NCBI GenBank assembly: GCA_004431415.1 | Contig: QPMI01000516.1 | Span: forward strand, 186,001 to 250,000 | Origin: Cyanophora paradoxa CCMP329 | Lineage: Eukaryota; Plantae; Glaucophyta | DNA length: 64,000 nt | Reading direction: 5' to 3' | Shown here: positions 1 through 12,309 of the stretch, piece by piece | Layout of the letters: each line of letters starts with the position of its first letter | Position numbering within the stretch: the first letter of the stretch is position 1 | Position numbers and translations under genes: made by a program | Notes under the pieces: generated by a model | The model's database searches: none | What the model was told of the DNA's origin: nothing | The model's input: the letters and a program-made list of their open reading frames with translations, nothing else

Positions 1-1480
1 CCGCCCGCGCCCCCGCCCGCGCGCCGCGCGCCCCGCTGCAGGAGGCCGCGCGCCGCCGCCGCCGGACGCCCAGGACGCGAGGGGACGAGGCCGCTACGCC
101 GCCGACGCCTCCCGCCGACGCCGAGCGAGCCCGTGCAGCCCCGCCCGCGCCCCCCGCCCGCGCGCCGCGCGCCCCGCCGCAGGAGGCCGCGCGACGCCGC
201 CGCCGGACGCCCAGGACGCGAGGGGACGAGGCCGCGACGCCGCCGACGCCTCCCGCCGACGCCGAGCGAGCCCGTGCAGCCCCGCCCGCGCCCCCCGCCC
301 GCGCGCCGCGCGCCCCGCTGCAGGAGGCCGCGCGCCGCCGCCGCCGAACGCCCAGGACGCGAGGGGACGAGGCCGCGACGCCGCCGACGCCTCCCGCCGA
401 CGCCGAGCGAGCCCGTGCAGCCCCGCCCGCGCCCCCGCCGCGCGCCGCGCGCCCCGCCGCAGGAGGCCGCGCGACGCCGCCGCCGGACGCCCAGGACGCG
501 AGGGACGAGGCCGCGACGCCGCCGACGCCTCCCGCCGACGCCGAGCGAGCCCGTGCAGCCCCGCCCGCGCCCCCGCCCGCGCGCCGCGCGCCCCGCCGCA
601 GGAGGCCGCGCGCCGCCGCCGCCGGTCGCCCAGGACGCGAGGGGACGAGGCCGCTACGCCGCCGACGCCTCCGCCGACGCCGAGCGAGCCCGTGCAGCCC
701 CGCCCGCGCCCCCGCCCGCGCGCCGCGCGCCCCGCCGCAGGAGGCCGCGCGACGCCGCCGCCGGACGCCCAGGACGCGAGGGACGAGGCCGCTACGCCGC
801 CGACGCCTCCCGCCGACGCCGAGCGAGCCCGTGCAGCCCCGCCCGCGCCCCCCGCCCGCGCGCCGCGCGCCCCGCCGCAGGAGGCCGCGCGACGCCGCCG
901 CCGGTCGCCCAGGACGCGAGGGGACGAGGCCGCTACGCCACCGACGCCTCCCGCCGACGCCGAGCGAGCCCGTGCAACCCCGCCCGCGCCCCCGCCCGCG
1001 CGCCGCGCGCCCCGCTGCAGGAGGCCGCGCGACGCCGCCGCGGTCGCCCAGGACGCGAGGGGACGAGGCCGCTACGCCGCCGACGCCTCCCGCCGACGCC
1101 GAGCGAGCCCGTGCAGCCCCGCCCGCGCCCCCGCCCGCGCGCCGCGCGCCCCGCCGCAGGAGGCCGCGCGCCGCCGCCGCCGGACGCCCAGGACGCGAGG
1201 GGACGAGGCCGCGACGCCGCCGACGCCTCCTGCCGACGCCGAGCGAGCCCGTGCAGCCCCGCCCGCGCCCCCGCCCGCGCGCCGCACGCCCCGCCGCAGG
1301 AGGCCGCGCGACGCCGCCGCCGGTCGCCCAGGACGCGAGGGACGAGGCCGCTACGCCACCGACGCCTCCCGCCGACGCCGAGCGAGCCCGTGCAACCCCG
1401 CCCGCGCCCCCGCCCGCGCGCCGCGCGCCCTGCCGCAGGAGGCCGCGCGACGCCGCCGCCGGTCGCCCAGGACGTGAGGG
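1..1480. repeat. Tandem array of ~140-bp extremely GC-rich units (>=10.5 copies, runs off the left edge); possible 5' UTR monomer array of the LINE or a satellite
   Basis: CCCGTGCA(G/A)CCCC recurs at ~133, 274, 415, 553, 692, 831, 973, 1111, 1251, 1390 (period ~138-142); near-identical units; the array ends ~1475 and unique sequence follows. Confidence 0.95.
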
Positions 1481-1818
1481 GGACCCCGCTGCTGTCGGCC
1501 CGCCCCCCGCCACCACCTTGCCGACGCCAGCCGGGGGCCTGCATATGCATGCACTACAGCTGGATCTCTAGCCTGCCGTCCCTCGACTGCCCATGCAAGC
1601 AGACGCACGCACGCCGAGCATATGCATGCACATGCATCCACAGACAAAATCACCGACCTCAGGCATCTGCCCACGGACAATTGTTAACGCTAGCTACAGC
1701 TAGCTGTAGTCCTAAGACAGCCCAAACTCTGACCCGGGGGAGGAACAACCGGACGGGTACAGCAGTCAGCACCCTGGACGGCAATCCATTCGCACCGCTG
1801 GCGCGGCTGGGCGGCCGG

Positions 1819-4800
1819 ATGGCGCCTGACGACGATGCTGACAGCAACGACGACCCCAACGCGGCGGCTGACCCCCGAACTGGCCGTGGCCCGGAAACCG
1901 GGCCGGGATCGAAGCGACAACGCCCGCAGTCGGCAGAGCCGGCCACCCCGTCCCGCCGCCACACGGAGAAGTCTATGCGTGGATACAGGCCGGGCGACAC
2001 GCCAAACCGAAATGGCAACCCCCGAATGGTTCGGAACCTGACGCTCCCGCCTGCAACCACCGATTCACCCGTTCATACCTCCCTTCATGTGCAGAATCCG
2101 GACCAATCGGACGCCGCCCGGCCCGGCGCACGTAGTGGCAGCCAACCAGCACGCCGCGGACAAGGCGCCGGCGAGGCTGGCGCCGTCGGCCCCGTAGCAG
2201 TGCGCCCATTACTTCCCCGGCACCCGGTTGGCACCTCCCCCAGTCGCCCTCACAAAGCGAAACCGCAGCGTAACGACCTCCGCCAGTACTTCGCATCTGC
2301 CGCTGGGCCATCACAGGTGCCCGCGGCGTCACTCCCGAGCTCGTCGAGCTCTAGACCCATCCCGGCGCCCATGCCAGTGAGCCCCGCCGCCCTCTTGCCC
2401 TGCTGTAGTCGCCCAGCCCCACTCAAACGATCACAGGCCCGGGCCCGCCCAGCTGATGACCCCCCAGTGGCGCTGGTCGCCAGTCCCGTGCGCCCCGCTC
2501 ACGACCCACCCGCCGATGGCGTTGCCCAGAACCAATGCGCGCGGCGCCGGCGCCAGGGCGAACTCGAGGGCGCCCCGCAGAACGCCCCCCGGCCCCGGCG
2601 GGGCCCGCCATCCCCGTCACCCGAGCGCCATCGCCACCGCGGCCAGCAGCACCGCGATCAGCACTCGGACAGTGAATATGAGGACGCTCAGCAGGGAGAC
2701 GACGATCAGGCGCCCGGCGGCAGGCGCAGCGGCGGGGGCCAAGACCGTGGCGATCGCGAAGAGGGGGGCGAACGAGGCAGCCGGCAAGCTGAGGGTGACG
2801 GAAACCAAGGCCAAGGCGCAGCTGGCGACGGCGGACTGGCCGGCGGAGGGCAAGGAGCGAACCCTGGAGGCGACAGCGACGACGAGGGCCACAGGGGACA
2901 CCGGAACGGGGGCGCCGGGAACCGCAACGATGCCGACGACGTCGACGTCGACCCTAATGACGCCGACGACGAGAACGAGAGTCCGCACCGCCCCTGCCCC
3001 CGTGCTAGCGACCGTCCTCCAATCAGAAGGACTGACCATGAGGGCACTATCGTAGGAGATGACGACCGAGACGATGACGCTGACCGTGGAGCTGGAGAGG
3101 GGGGGGTACACCGCAACGATGAACACGGCGGCATGGGCCAGCGTGAGCACTGCCCCGAATACTGCGGGGGGGACACCCAGATCACCAATGCGGCGGGCAC
3201 CCACGCAGATGGCGAGGGCGAAGATCACCACGCAGGGGACGCCGAGGGTGACGCCGACATGGGGATGCACGAGAACGCGGTGAGTACCGCACTGAGCCCT
3301 GGCAAGCTGGGGCCCAATGCCTGAGGGCCGACCATGTGGGTGCCCCTGCAGACGGCCGAGATATCGAAGAGGCGCATGCTGACCGTGGCGCTGGAGGTGG
3401 GGGGTACAGCATGGAGATGGCCAGCATGGCGGAGCACAGGGCGCCGATGACGATGCTGGGGTGGCCAGGGTAGGCCCCACACCGCCCCATGCACGGGCTG
3501 CGCCCAGAGCGCTGACGCAGGGGGGTACATGTAGGTGGTGCACGTGAACGCGCCGGCCAGCACGGCGGCCGCAACGGGCACGGCGGACGGGATGGACACG
3601 GCGGCCAGGCCCGCGGCGCCGGCGATCGGCACGACGAGCGCATTGCGCGCAACGGTGGTCAACGCGACGGGAACGACGGGCCTGGCGGGCCAGGCGGACG
3701 GGACGGCGGAAACTGGGCCGGCGGTGCTGGACGCCGTCTCAACTGGGACGGGGAGGACGGCGGCGACAACGATGGGCAAGCCCCGGCCGGAGGCGACGGC
3801 AACGTGTACGGCGGAGGCGGTGGCGGCGGCAGGCCGGCAGCAGCAGCCAACGGGACCGGACCTAACACTGCAAAGGTCTATCTGGTCCTCTTCGGCGACG
3901 GCCTGGCCTCGCGACTCGTCCCCCCAGACGCCCCGCAAGACACCCGCGACGAGATCCTGGCCTCTGCACGGTCCACATGCCGACGGGAAGGCCTCCAGAT
4001 CCGAGCGGTGGTCAATGAGATCCGGGGCCGCATCGCCGCCGCACACCAAGCCGACCGGGCCCGCATCCGGGACCACCGCATCGGCGAGGGTGCCGACCCC
4101 TCAGCACTCCGCAACCCCCTCCCGCCGCTGCCAGAATCCAGCACCGCCGACGACGCTGTGACCCTCCGCTGCGGCCACGTGGTCTGCGGCGACCGGATCG
4201 AGGAGTCCAGCCCGTGCATCGCAATCAAGTATGCCAACATCACGGAGGCTCGGCGCGCAGCCCAGCTCCTTACACCGGTCACGCCGCAACTCGCGACGCT
4301 CGCCGTGCTTGGCGCAACAGGGCCGCTCTCAGTCGGCATCCACGTTGACGCCCCCGCGTCCAGCACCGAGTTCTTTGCGATCGAAGCCGAGCTAGGGTGC
4401 CGCAAGATGGAGAGGGGGACACTCTCGAGCTTCATGAAGAACACAGTGCTCCGCGCCCTCACGTCTGGCATCAACCCCGACGCGTACGAGGCCAACGATG
4501 TCGTCGTGGCCTACAACGAGCTGGCGGTCAAGTGCCCGAACGGCCCGACAGCCCGCTACCTGATCCCGGCGTCGCACGCACAGGCCGCGCAGAACTTCCT
4601 GGTCCGACCTGCCACCTGCTCTTACCACCTTACCCCCCTTCTGACTCTCCCCTCCCTCCCTTGGCAGGCAAACGTTGGCTACCTCCTGGCCGCAGACAAC
4701 AACTCAGCCCTCATCACCCTCCCCCGCTTCCAAGACCCGGACCCGGACTTCTGCTGGAACAACGACCGCAAGCATGTCCTCAACGGAGTCCTCATCTTTG

Positions 4801-5942
4801 CCGGGGCCCACGCCGGCTGTGGGCACGCCGACGCCAACCAGGAGCATGTCCCCTTCCCCGGCGACGAATGCCAGCTGGACATCACACAGCTTGTGCCGGA
4901 CCGGCAGTTCATCATGGACCTGCGGGCCGCCGGCGTCCTGTACATGACAACCCGACCGTACCCCACCTCTGTCCGCCCCTACCCATGCAAAGCCCCCCCT
5001 ACTTGCGCTTACCCCTCCCTCCCGCAGATCGAGGTGGGTGTCCAAGCCTCGATGGTTGACGCCGAGCGTTACTCCACCGGTGGTGGCCGCCAGCTCCGTG
5101 TGCTGGATCTAGATGACGAACAGTGGGCGGCGAGGCGCGAGCGCATGGGCTTCACGGCGCACCCAACCCTCTCCGGAGCCCTCGACCTCCACGACGCGCG
5201 GGGGAGACAGGTCATCATTCTCGAGGTCACCACGATGTGGTACCCCCACCTCCCCTCCGCCCGAGGCCCCCCCCCCATCTCACATGATTATCCTTACCGG
5301 CAGCACGTGGTCATCCCCCTCCCCCAGTCCGAAGCCCTCATGTGCGCGGCACACTTCCTCACCAGCGTCAACAACATCAACCAGCCCCTGCTCAACTACC
5401 GTGGCGAGCTCGGGGGGGGACACAACTGCCAGCCCCTCGACCGGCGGAACCGGGACGAGCCGGCAGCTGCAGGAGGGCAAGCACCTGGGGGTCGGGCGGA
5501 GGGGCGCGGTGGACTGTATGTGGACGCTGCCTACCGCGGAGCGCGTGGCGGGGGCCCCGGCGGGGCTGCGGGCGGCCGTGGCGGACTTGGAGGGCCCGGA
5601 GGCGACTGGGGCGGTGCAGGCGGCGCTGGAGGCCGCGGCGGGGCTGGCGGAGCCCATGGAGCCCGCGGCGGAGCCGGCATCTGGGATGCCCGCGGCGGGG
5701 CGGGCGCAGCCAATGGCCGCGGTGGCCGTGGGGTGGACATCATCTGGGGCGACCTCCCCCGGGGCGGCTTTGCTGGGAGAGCCCGGGGCGGGATGGGCCC
5801 CCCCCGCGGTGGGCGCGGACTCCCAGGCCGTGGCGCCGGCGGCAGGGGTGGACGAGGAGCACGTGGTGGCCGCGGCTTTGGGGCTGGCGCCGGCCGGGGT
5901 GGCGGCGGCCCTGGACAGCAGCGGCTGCCCTGGCAGTACTGA
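1819..5942 (+). CDS. LINE ORF1 (frameshifted): acidic/Gly-rich disordered N-terminus, globular core (~3870-5440) with a weak RRM-like motif, RGG-rich C-terminus
   Basis: Candidate ATG ~1819 (MAPDDDADSND); open frames to 3324 and 3804-5942 are linked by frameshifted low-complexity sequence; CIAIKYANITEARRAAQLL resembles RRM RNP1-helix; many RGG repeats in the last ~150 aa; lies upstream of APE-RT. Confidence 0.6.
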
Positions 5943-6024
5943 GCTAGCTGCAACTCCAGCGCCAACCGCCGCGAGCCACAGCAAGCTAAGAGTAAGGCAG
6001 CCAAGCCCCTCCGGCCTAGATCCT

Positions 6025-6090
6025 GAACCAGTAATAGCGCTAGCTCTAGTCCCGTCAGAACCAGTAATAGCGCTAGCTCTAGTCCCGTCA
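6025..6090. repeat. Perfect 33-bp tandem duplication in the inter-ORF spacer
   Basis: GAACCAGTAATAGCGCTAGCTCTAGTCCCGTCA x2 (6025-6057, 6058-6090). Confidence 0.95.
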
Positions 6091-7694
6091 TGTACGGACA
6101 CCTCGACGCCGAAGTCACAACATCCAGATCTCGAGCTAGAGCTAAACAGGTGCAGAGCGGTGGTACCAGTGGGGGACCCAAAGGAGAACACCCGTACTCA
6201 TACGCGCCGGACGCGCACCTGGCCCTGTAGATCTAGACCCGATCACGACTTGCACGCGAGGCCCAGAGGGGTACGTGGGTGGAAAACGTACCCATCAACT
6301 GTGCGGATCCGGCTAGCCCGGGCTCGCGCACGCTCGACAGCCACGCTAGGAGAACAGTCTAATCATGACTGCACCACCGGCCTGAAGCGCCAGCCTGTTC
6401 TTACGACACCGACCGCTGCCTCCCGGACTCGCCCCAGCAGGCCGCGGATCCTGCTGTATACGTAACACGACAGCTAGTCCCTAAGCGAAGCCAGGAGCCC
6501 GAGGCCGGTGCCGAAGCCGGCCCCCGCTACAGACCTGTACCTCAGAAGCTACTAGTACTACGGCGCCGGCGCCGGCTAGCCTGTCATGATCAAAGATGCC
6601 AGAGGACCGACGCCGACGCCGGTACCGGTGCCGATGCCGGCCTCGACCTGACGGCGCCGTCGGCACGTACGTATACGTATACGCGGCTCCGAGTAGTTAT
6701 AATGCCTTGCACTAGCACTAATGCATATGATACCGAAACAGCTGGCGCCGGCACGCGCACCGGCGCCGGCGCCACCTTTAACTTGAGTAGTAACAGCCCC
6801 CCCGATCACGACCTAGCAGGCCCCAGATCCCGATCTAGAGCTAGGGCTGCCAAAGATGGGTACGCCAAGGCAATCACAACAGCTAGCGCCACCGCCACTA
6901 CAATTACTAGTACCAGTATGACACTGTGTATGTGCGCCGCCGGCGCTACCGCCAGCATAGCATACGTAGCCTCACTGTCAGTGGCCCGCACGTGTACGGT
7001 CTGCACTGTAGACTGCACGGCGGTGCACGCCGCGGCCGGCGCTGCAGCTGGATCCCGACCCGAATTCGAATCTCCGCGACGCCTACCGCGAGCTCGATCA
7101 CTGGCTCCGGCGAACCGTCCGAGTCCCCGGCCCCAAGACATATGCATGAACAGAAAAAGAATTTTTTCTGCCCTCCCGGACCGGCCGCTAGCGCCGGCAC
7201 TACGTCGTCGTCGCCATTCATTGTGCACCCGCCAATCGGGAGCAACCAGTCAATCGGGCCCGATAGCTGCCATGACCACAGCGCTAGAGGCTCACATGCG
7301 AAGGCGGGGTGGCGCCGCCAGGCAGCGGCAGCGGGCTCGGCCCTCGCCGCGGCGGGCCAAGCTGACCCGGCCATGCTGGCCCATGCATCACGCGCGAGCC
7401 CGGCATCATGGCATCCAACGACAGCGCTATCCGGCCCGCCCCCCGCGCACCGCCGCGAAGAACCCAGGCCTGGAGTCTGGCCTGCACCAGGGGCACAAGA
7501 AAATGTTCCACCCGCCCAGAGTCCCATGACCGCATATAACACGCCTGGCCCGCTGGTGCCGGCCGTCCCGCGCCGCTGCTCCGCACGCTATTTCCCCTCG
7601 AGCTGTTTACACACGAGCGCCTCGGAGCCAAACCTGCGGGCACTCACCGAAAATCGGGTATCATACGCCGCCGCTTTGACTCTGACCAGTACTG

Positions 7695-8585
7695 GAGACT
7701 CGCGACCTGGAACGCCCGCACCTGCTCTAGCGTCAACCATGTCGGCCAGATCCAGAAATATATGCTTGACTGGGGGCTGAGCGTATTAGGGGTCCAATCA
7801 CTTAACTGCACCCAGGCTACGGTCAGAGCGATGCGCAGGTCAGTGACATCGGGGCTCATGCTCACGTCCGTGCACGCCGACTCGGCCACGCGCACAACTA
7901 GTGCTCAGGAGCTCCCAGCTCGAGCCCCGCCCACCCCGCCCCTCTCGCAGAAGAAACTCCGCCAAAATCGAGCCTCCCCCCGCGGCTCCGGCGTAGCCCT
8001 TTTTCTCTCAGAAAATATGGCCAAGCACTGTTTTAAGACCTACACAATGCCAGGCCGCGTGGCCGGCTGTGAGCTTCGATTTGCAAATAATGTTCAGATC
8101 TTTATCGCCAGCGTGTACCTCCCCCCCGGCGAAAGTCGGACGGCGCGGTCTACTGAAAGTGCGAAAATCTTCGACTATCTCCGCGCGACCATGTACGCTG
8201 ACTGGGCGCTCCGCCCCCGCGCGCACTTTTTCCTCCTTGGCGATCTTAACAGCTGCCTCTGTCCCGAGACGGGCAAAATCAGACAGGGGCAATATGCGAC
8301 CACACGAGAACCTGATCACCGCTGGTGGCATGAACTGCTTCACGACTGGACCCTCTCCGACGCTGCCACAGCCATGGGCACCGACGACCAAATCACCTTC
8401 ATATTTCCTGACGCTCCTGACAACCCAACCCTCGAGGCATCGCCCCAGATGGCACGCTCCGCCATGCTACCAGGCTCGACTACATCTTACAATCCCAAGT
8501 CGCGACTAACGCCCTTCGAGCGGCCCAAGCGTCGCCTAGAAACGCCCCTTTCCCCTCGGACCATTTCCCACTCCTTGCAGAGTAC
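7695..8585 (+). CDS. Apurinic-like endonuclease (APE) domain of ORF2
   Basis: RLATWNART, VLGVQS (canonical QE), GSGVALFL, IASVYLP, LLGDLNS, ITF, then after a frameshift TRLDYILQS and PSDHFPLLAE. Confidence 0.92.
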
Positions 8586-9579
8586 AGTAAACGGGCCCTG
8601 GCCATCAAATATAAACTGGGGCCCCAGCGTCTTCGCCCGGCCCCCCGCGTTTCAAGTACGCGACACAGGCATCGCTCACAAAAATTCGCTTCAAAGAACT
8701 ACTGGAAGAAAAGCTACAGCAGCCGGTGCCGGGGTCCTCAGCTAGCGTACGAGAGCTACTCGCAACGCTGGAGGACGACGACGGCACCCCGCCAGAGGAC
8801 CGCCTAGCCCGCCTGCACGAAGCCCTCAAATCCACTCTCGCCCACATCTGTGACCTCGGCCAATCGCCAGTATTTGGCATCTTTACGCCCCCAAAAATCC
8901 CTCAAAAATTCTCCCGCCGCGGCCGCCCCGAATCCAACCTGCTCACGAGGGCCCAGGAACTGCGCAAGGCATGGGAAGCGGCGCGCCACGGGATCGACTC
9001 CACGCCGCGCCGCGTACGGCACTCCCTCTCTGACCTGCGCAGGGCAATCTCAAATCACAACCGCCGGCTTGACAAACTCCCAATAGACAAGCGGTCAGGC
9101 TATCTTAAACTCCCACTACCCCTGTGCCGCCGCCATTCTCTGCCCGACAACCAAGCTGGCTCGACTATTTTCCAAGCTTCACCACTTGGGCCTCGGCCTT
9201 GGACACCAAAGTCCAGGCCCACATTAAACGTTTCGAAGCCACGACAATCAGAGCAAACCGAGAGCGCTCGCAGCGCATGTTCAAGACAGACCTCGCCCAA
9301 TACCTCCGCCAAACACTTGAAGCCCCAGAACGCAGGCCGATTACCTCCTTCTCCCTCTGCCACGCTGGAGAATATCAGGTATACGGCAATGAAGATGCAG
9401 TGAAACAGTTCGCACGCCATCACATGCATGCCTGGACACGGCAGCGTAGCCCACTCACAGCGAACAGGGACCCGGGCGCGCTGCCACTTAGTACATGTGC
9501 ACAGGAGGCCTCAATATGGCGCCGACTTCACTCCCCGCGCCAGGATATTGATGATGCAATTTATGTGTACCTAATGGAA

Positions 9580-10740
9580 CCCACCAGCGAGGCCGAACTG
9601 GACCGAATCATCGGCTCTCTCCGAAACGGTGCGGCGGGGCCCTCGGGATTTTCCCACGAAATGATAAAAATGCTGTGGACGGCACCGGTCCTTTCAAAGA
9701 AAACTTGCGAAGAACTACGCAAGGCGGGCCTGGACCCGGAGCCGCTCCAAGAACCCGATAACCTGTTCCCGACGTGCCGCCAGGTAATCCTCACTACGGT
9801 AAATCTGATCCTAAAACTCTCGTCTGTCCCTGCGCCCCTTCTTCACGGAAATATATGTCTTATCCCCAAGGGCGGGGAATGGGATGGGCACCCTGACAAT
9901 GTCCGCCCATTACACTCCAAGAATGCACGCTGAAACTCGTGACGGCAGTCCTCACTGACCGCCTCTCGCGCGTTCTCCGCAAACACGACATATTACAGGG
10001 CGCGAACTTCGCCTTTACTCGAGGCAAGTCCACCGACGAGCCTCTGTACATGCTGCGCGCGCTACTGGAGGACGCAAAACAATTCTCGAAACCGATCTAT
10101 CTGCTACTGCTAGATATTCGCAGAGCCTACGACAGCGTCAGCTGGTCTAGCATGGAAATGGCACTCCGCCGCCTAAAAATTCCCGAACGGTACATAAGCC
10201 TCTACGGACAAATATCAACATCACGTACAGCGTCCGTCGCGACAGGGTACGGCCCAACTGACCCCTTCGATGTGGAGTGCGGGCTCCCGCAAGGAGGAAC
10301 CGAGTCCCCAATTCACTGGCTCATCTTCTATGACGTATTTCTATCGGCTTTACGCGAAGTCAGCGCTGCGGAGAGCACCCAATACTCCATGGGCCCGCCG
10401 CCCTCTGCGTCTGACGCTAACCTGCCCGCGCCCACCCGACGCCTGCGAGCGCGCCTGCCTCGGGTGACCTCGCCGGGCAAGCATACGCAGACGACACCGT
10501 ACTTATTAGCGGTACAGCCCGGGGCATCCAGCTGCACGCAGACCTGGCCTCTGAATTCTTCTGGATACATGATATTGCCCTCAACGCGAAGAAAACCGAA
10601 TTTACGTACAACAACGTCTCCCCACGCCCGTCTGCCCCGCTACTAGGCCCGCCCGATGCTAAAGAACCGGCCGACAAAGTCCTTGCGCCGAACAAACCAT
10701 TCAAGGTGCTCGGGTCTGGATGACAGCAAATCTGGACTGG
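9580..10740 (+). CDS. Non-LTR reverse transcriptase domain of ORF2
   Basis: AAGPSG, LIPKGGEW..NVRPITLQE, LLDIRRAYDSV, GLPQGGTESPIHWLIFYD, AYADDTVL (YADD 10484-10495), LNAKKT, FKVLGVW. Confidence 0.97.
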
Positions 10741-12309
10741 CGGCGGCAATTTGAGGCTGTATACTCAACAGCTCGGGCAGCCTGCGCGATACTAAGGCGT
10801 AAGAAACTCACCGCCAAAGAGACGATATACATAGTAAATAGCGTCCTTCTCCTCGCATCACTTACGCCTGCAAGATTGTTTCCTTTACCGAGAGACAATG
10901 TGCCCAGCTCGACACTCTCTGGATGACGCTCACTAAACATCATGCCCGCCTTAGGGGTCCACGCCCAACGCGCTCATGTGGAGCCGAGGCTTCTACGGCC
11001 TCAAGAGAACGGAGGACGAACAGCTGGCCATTCACGTGCTCGATGAAACCATCCGCACGAACCACCCCTGCTTCTCCCGTATATCATGCACCGCATTTTC
11101 GCAGCGCAGGAGCAACTGGGGCTTCCCCTTCCGCCATACTGCTACCCCAATTTACAGCTGGGCCCCGCAGCCTACAGAGACAATTTTGCACTAGCTGTAG
11201 CGCGAAATCTGACCCGCGCCGGCTACAAACTCGACTCAGGCAAGGACTATCTCGTTCCGGCCCTGCCTCACCCGCAGCTCGAACGCCGCTTTGTGCTCAC
11301 AACACTGCTCCCCCGCGCCTCCTGCGTGAGGCTGCACCATTCCTTTGGCGCCACGATATCCTCACAGCTGCTGACGTCACGGGCCCGACGGCGTCAGTGT
11401 GCTCGACTGGATTAGCTTATGGGGCAGCGGGAAAATTAAACAGCGACTCAATAGACCTCCCTCCTGGTTCCCGTCGTTCACCCGAGCAATATGTCAGCCC
11501 GTCGGCCCGCGCGCCATCCCCCGTCGTCTCCGCTTCCCCATGCACCTGCAGCCTGCGCAAAATCCGGCTGCAGCCCAACGTACCCTTCTTGAAGCCGGCC
11601 TGCTCTCGCCCCAGTACAAAGTCGGCGGCTTCGTTTGGACAACGGAAGCGTATCTAGGACGCATCTGCAATATCCGGCGGACAACTGACGCTGACGACGG
11701 CAGAGAACGCGTCCTAGTTGAGCTCGAACACTGGGTCCGCCGAGACAAAGGCCAGGACGACCGAGAGGACCACATATATGACACCACCGGCGAACCCGTC
11801 TCCTTCTTCCGCTGCATAATGGATCCCAAAGAATGCGACAGCCGCTTCACAGCGAAAACGCCGGAAGCAGAGGCTCTCCGCCGCGCATGTGACCACTCAG
11901 ACCCGGCCTCCCAACGGTGCCGCTGGACCGAAGACACAGCCTACATCTACCCCGCCCGACTTCAGAGCCTGGTCCCCGAGTCGCGGTCAGGCCGTGTCGC
12001 CGAGCATGCTCGCATTTTCCTTGAAGATAAAATAACGTGGTGGCCCGAGTTCCGCGACACTCATTTCCTCCCCCCGTGGGAACAGGACTGGAATTATGAT
12101 CCAGATGATCACGAGGCGCCCCAGCGGCCAGATGGAGTCGCCGCTCGCGACCCTGGGACCGTCCCCCCGCCGACAGCGCCTCGGGCCTACCCCCAACGCC
12201 GACAGTTGAGCGACTTCTGCATCCCATCGTCAGAGTATGCTGACCCATTTTGGAACCTGATTGCCGCGGAGCTCGGCCGCACCTCCCTCCCGCTCGACCG
12301 CGAGCGCCG

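Noticed and set aside
1-1480. CRISPR array
   Set aside because: Whole units repeat with no unique spacers, no cas genes, eukaryotic context.
133-1571. Long Arg/Pro/Ala ORFs in all frames (133..3324 N-terminus, 692..1477, 831..1571)
   Set aside because: They come from a stop-free GC tandem repeat whose unit length varies and is not a fixed multiple of 3.
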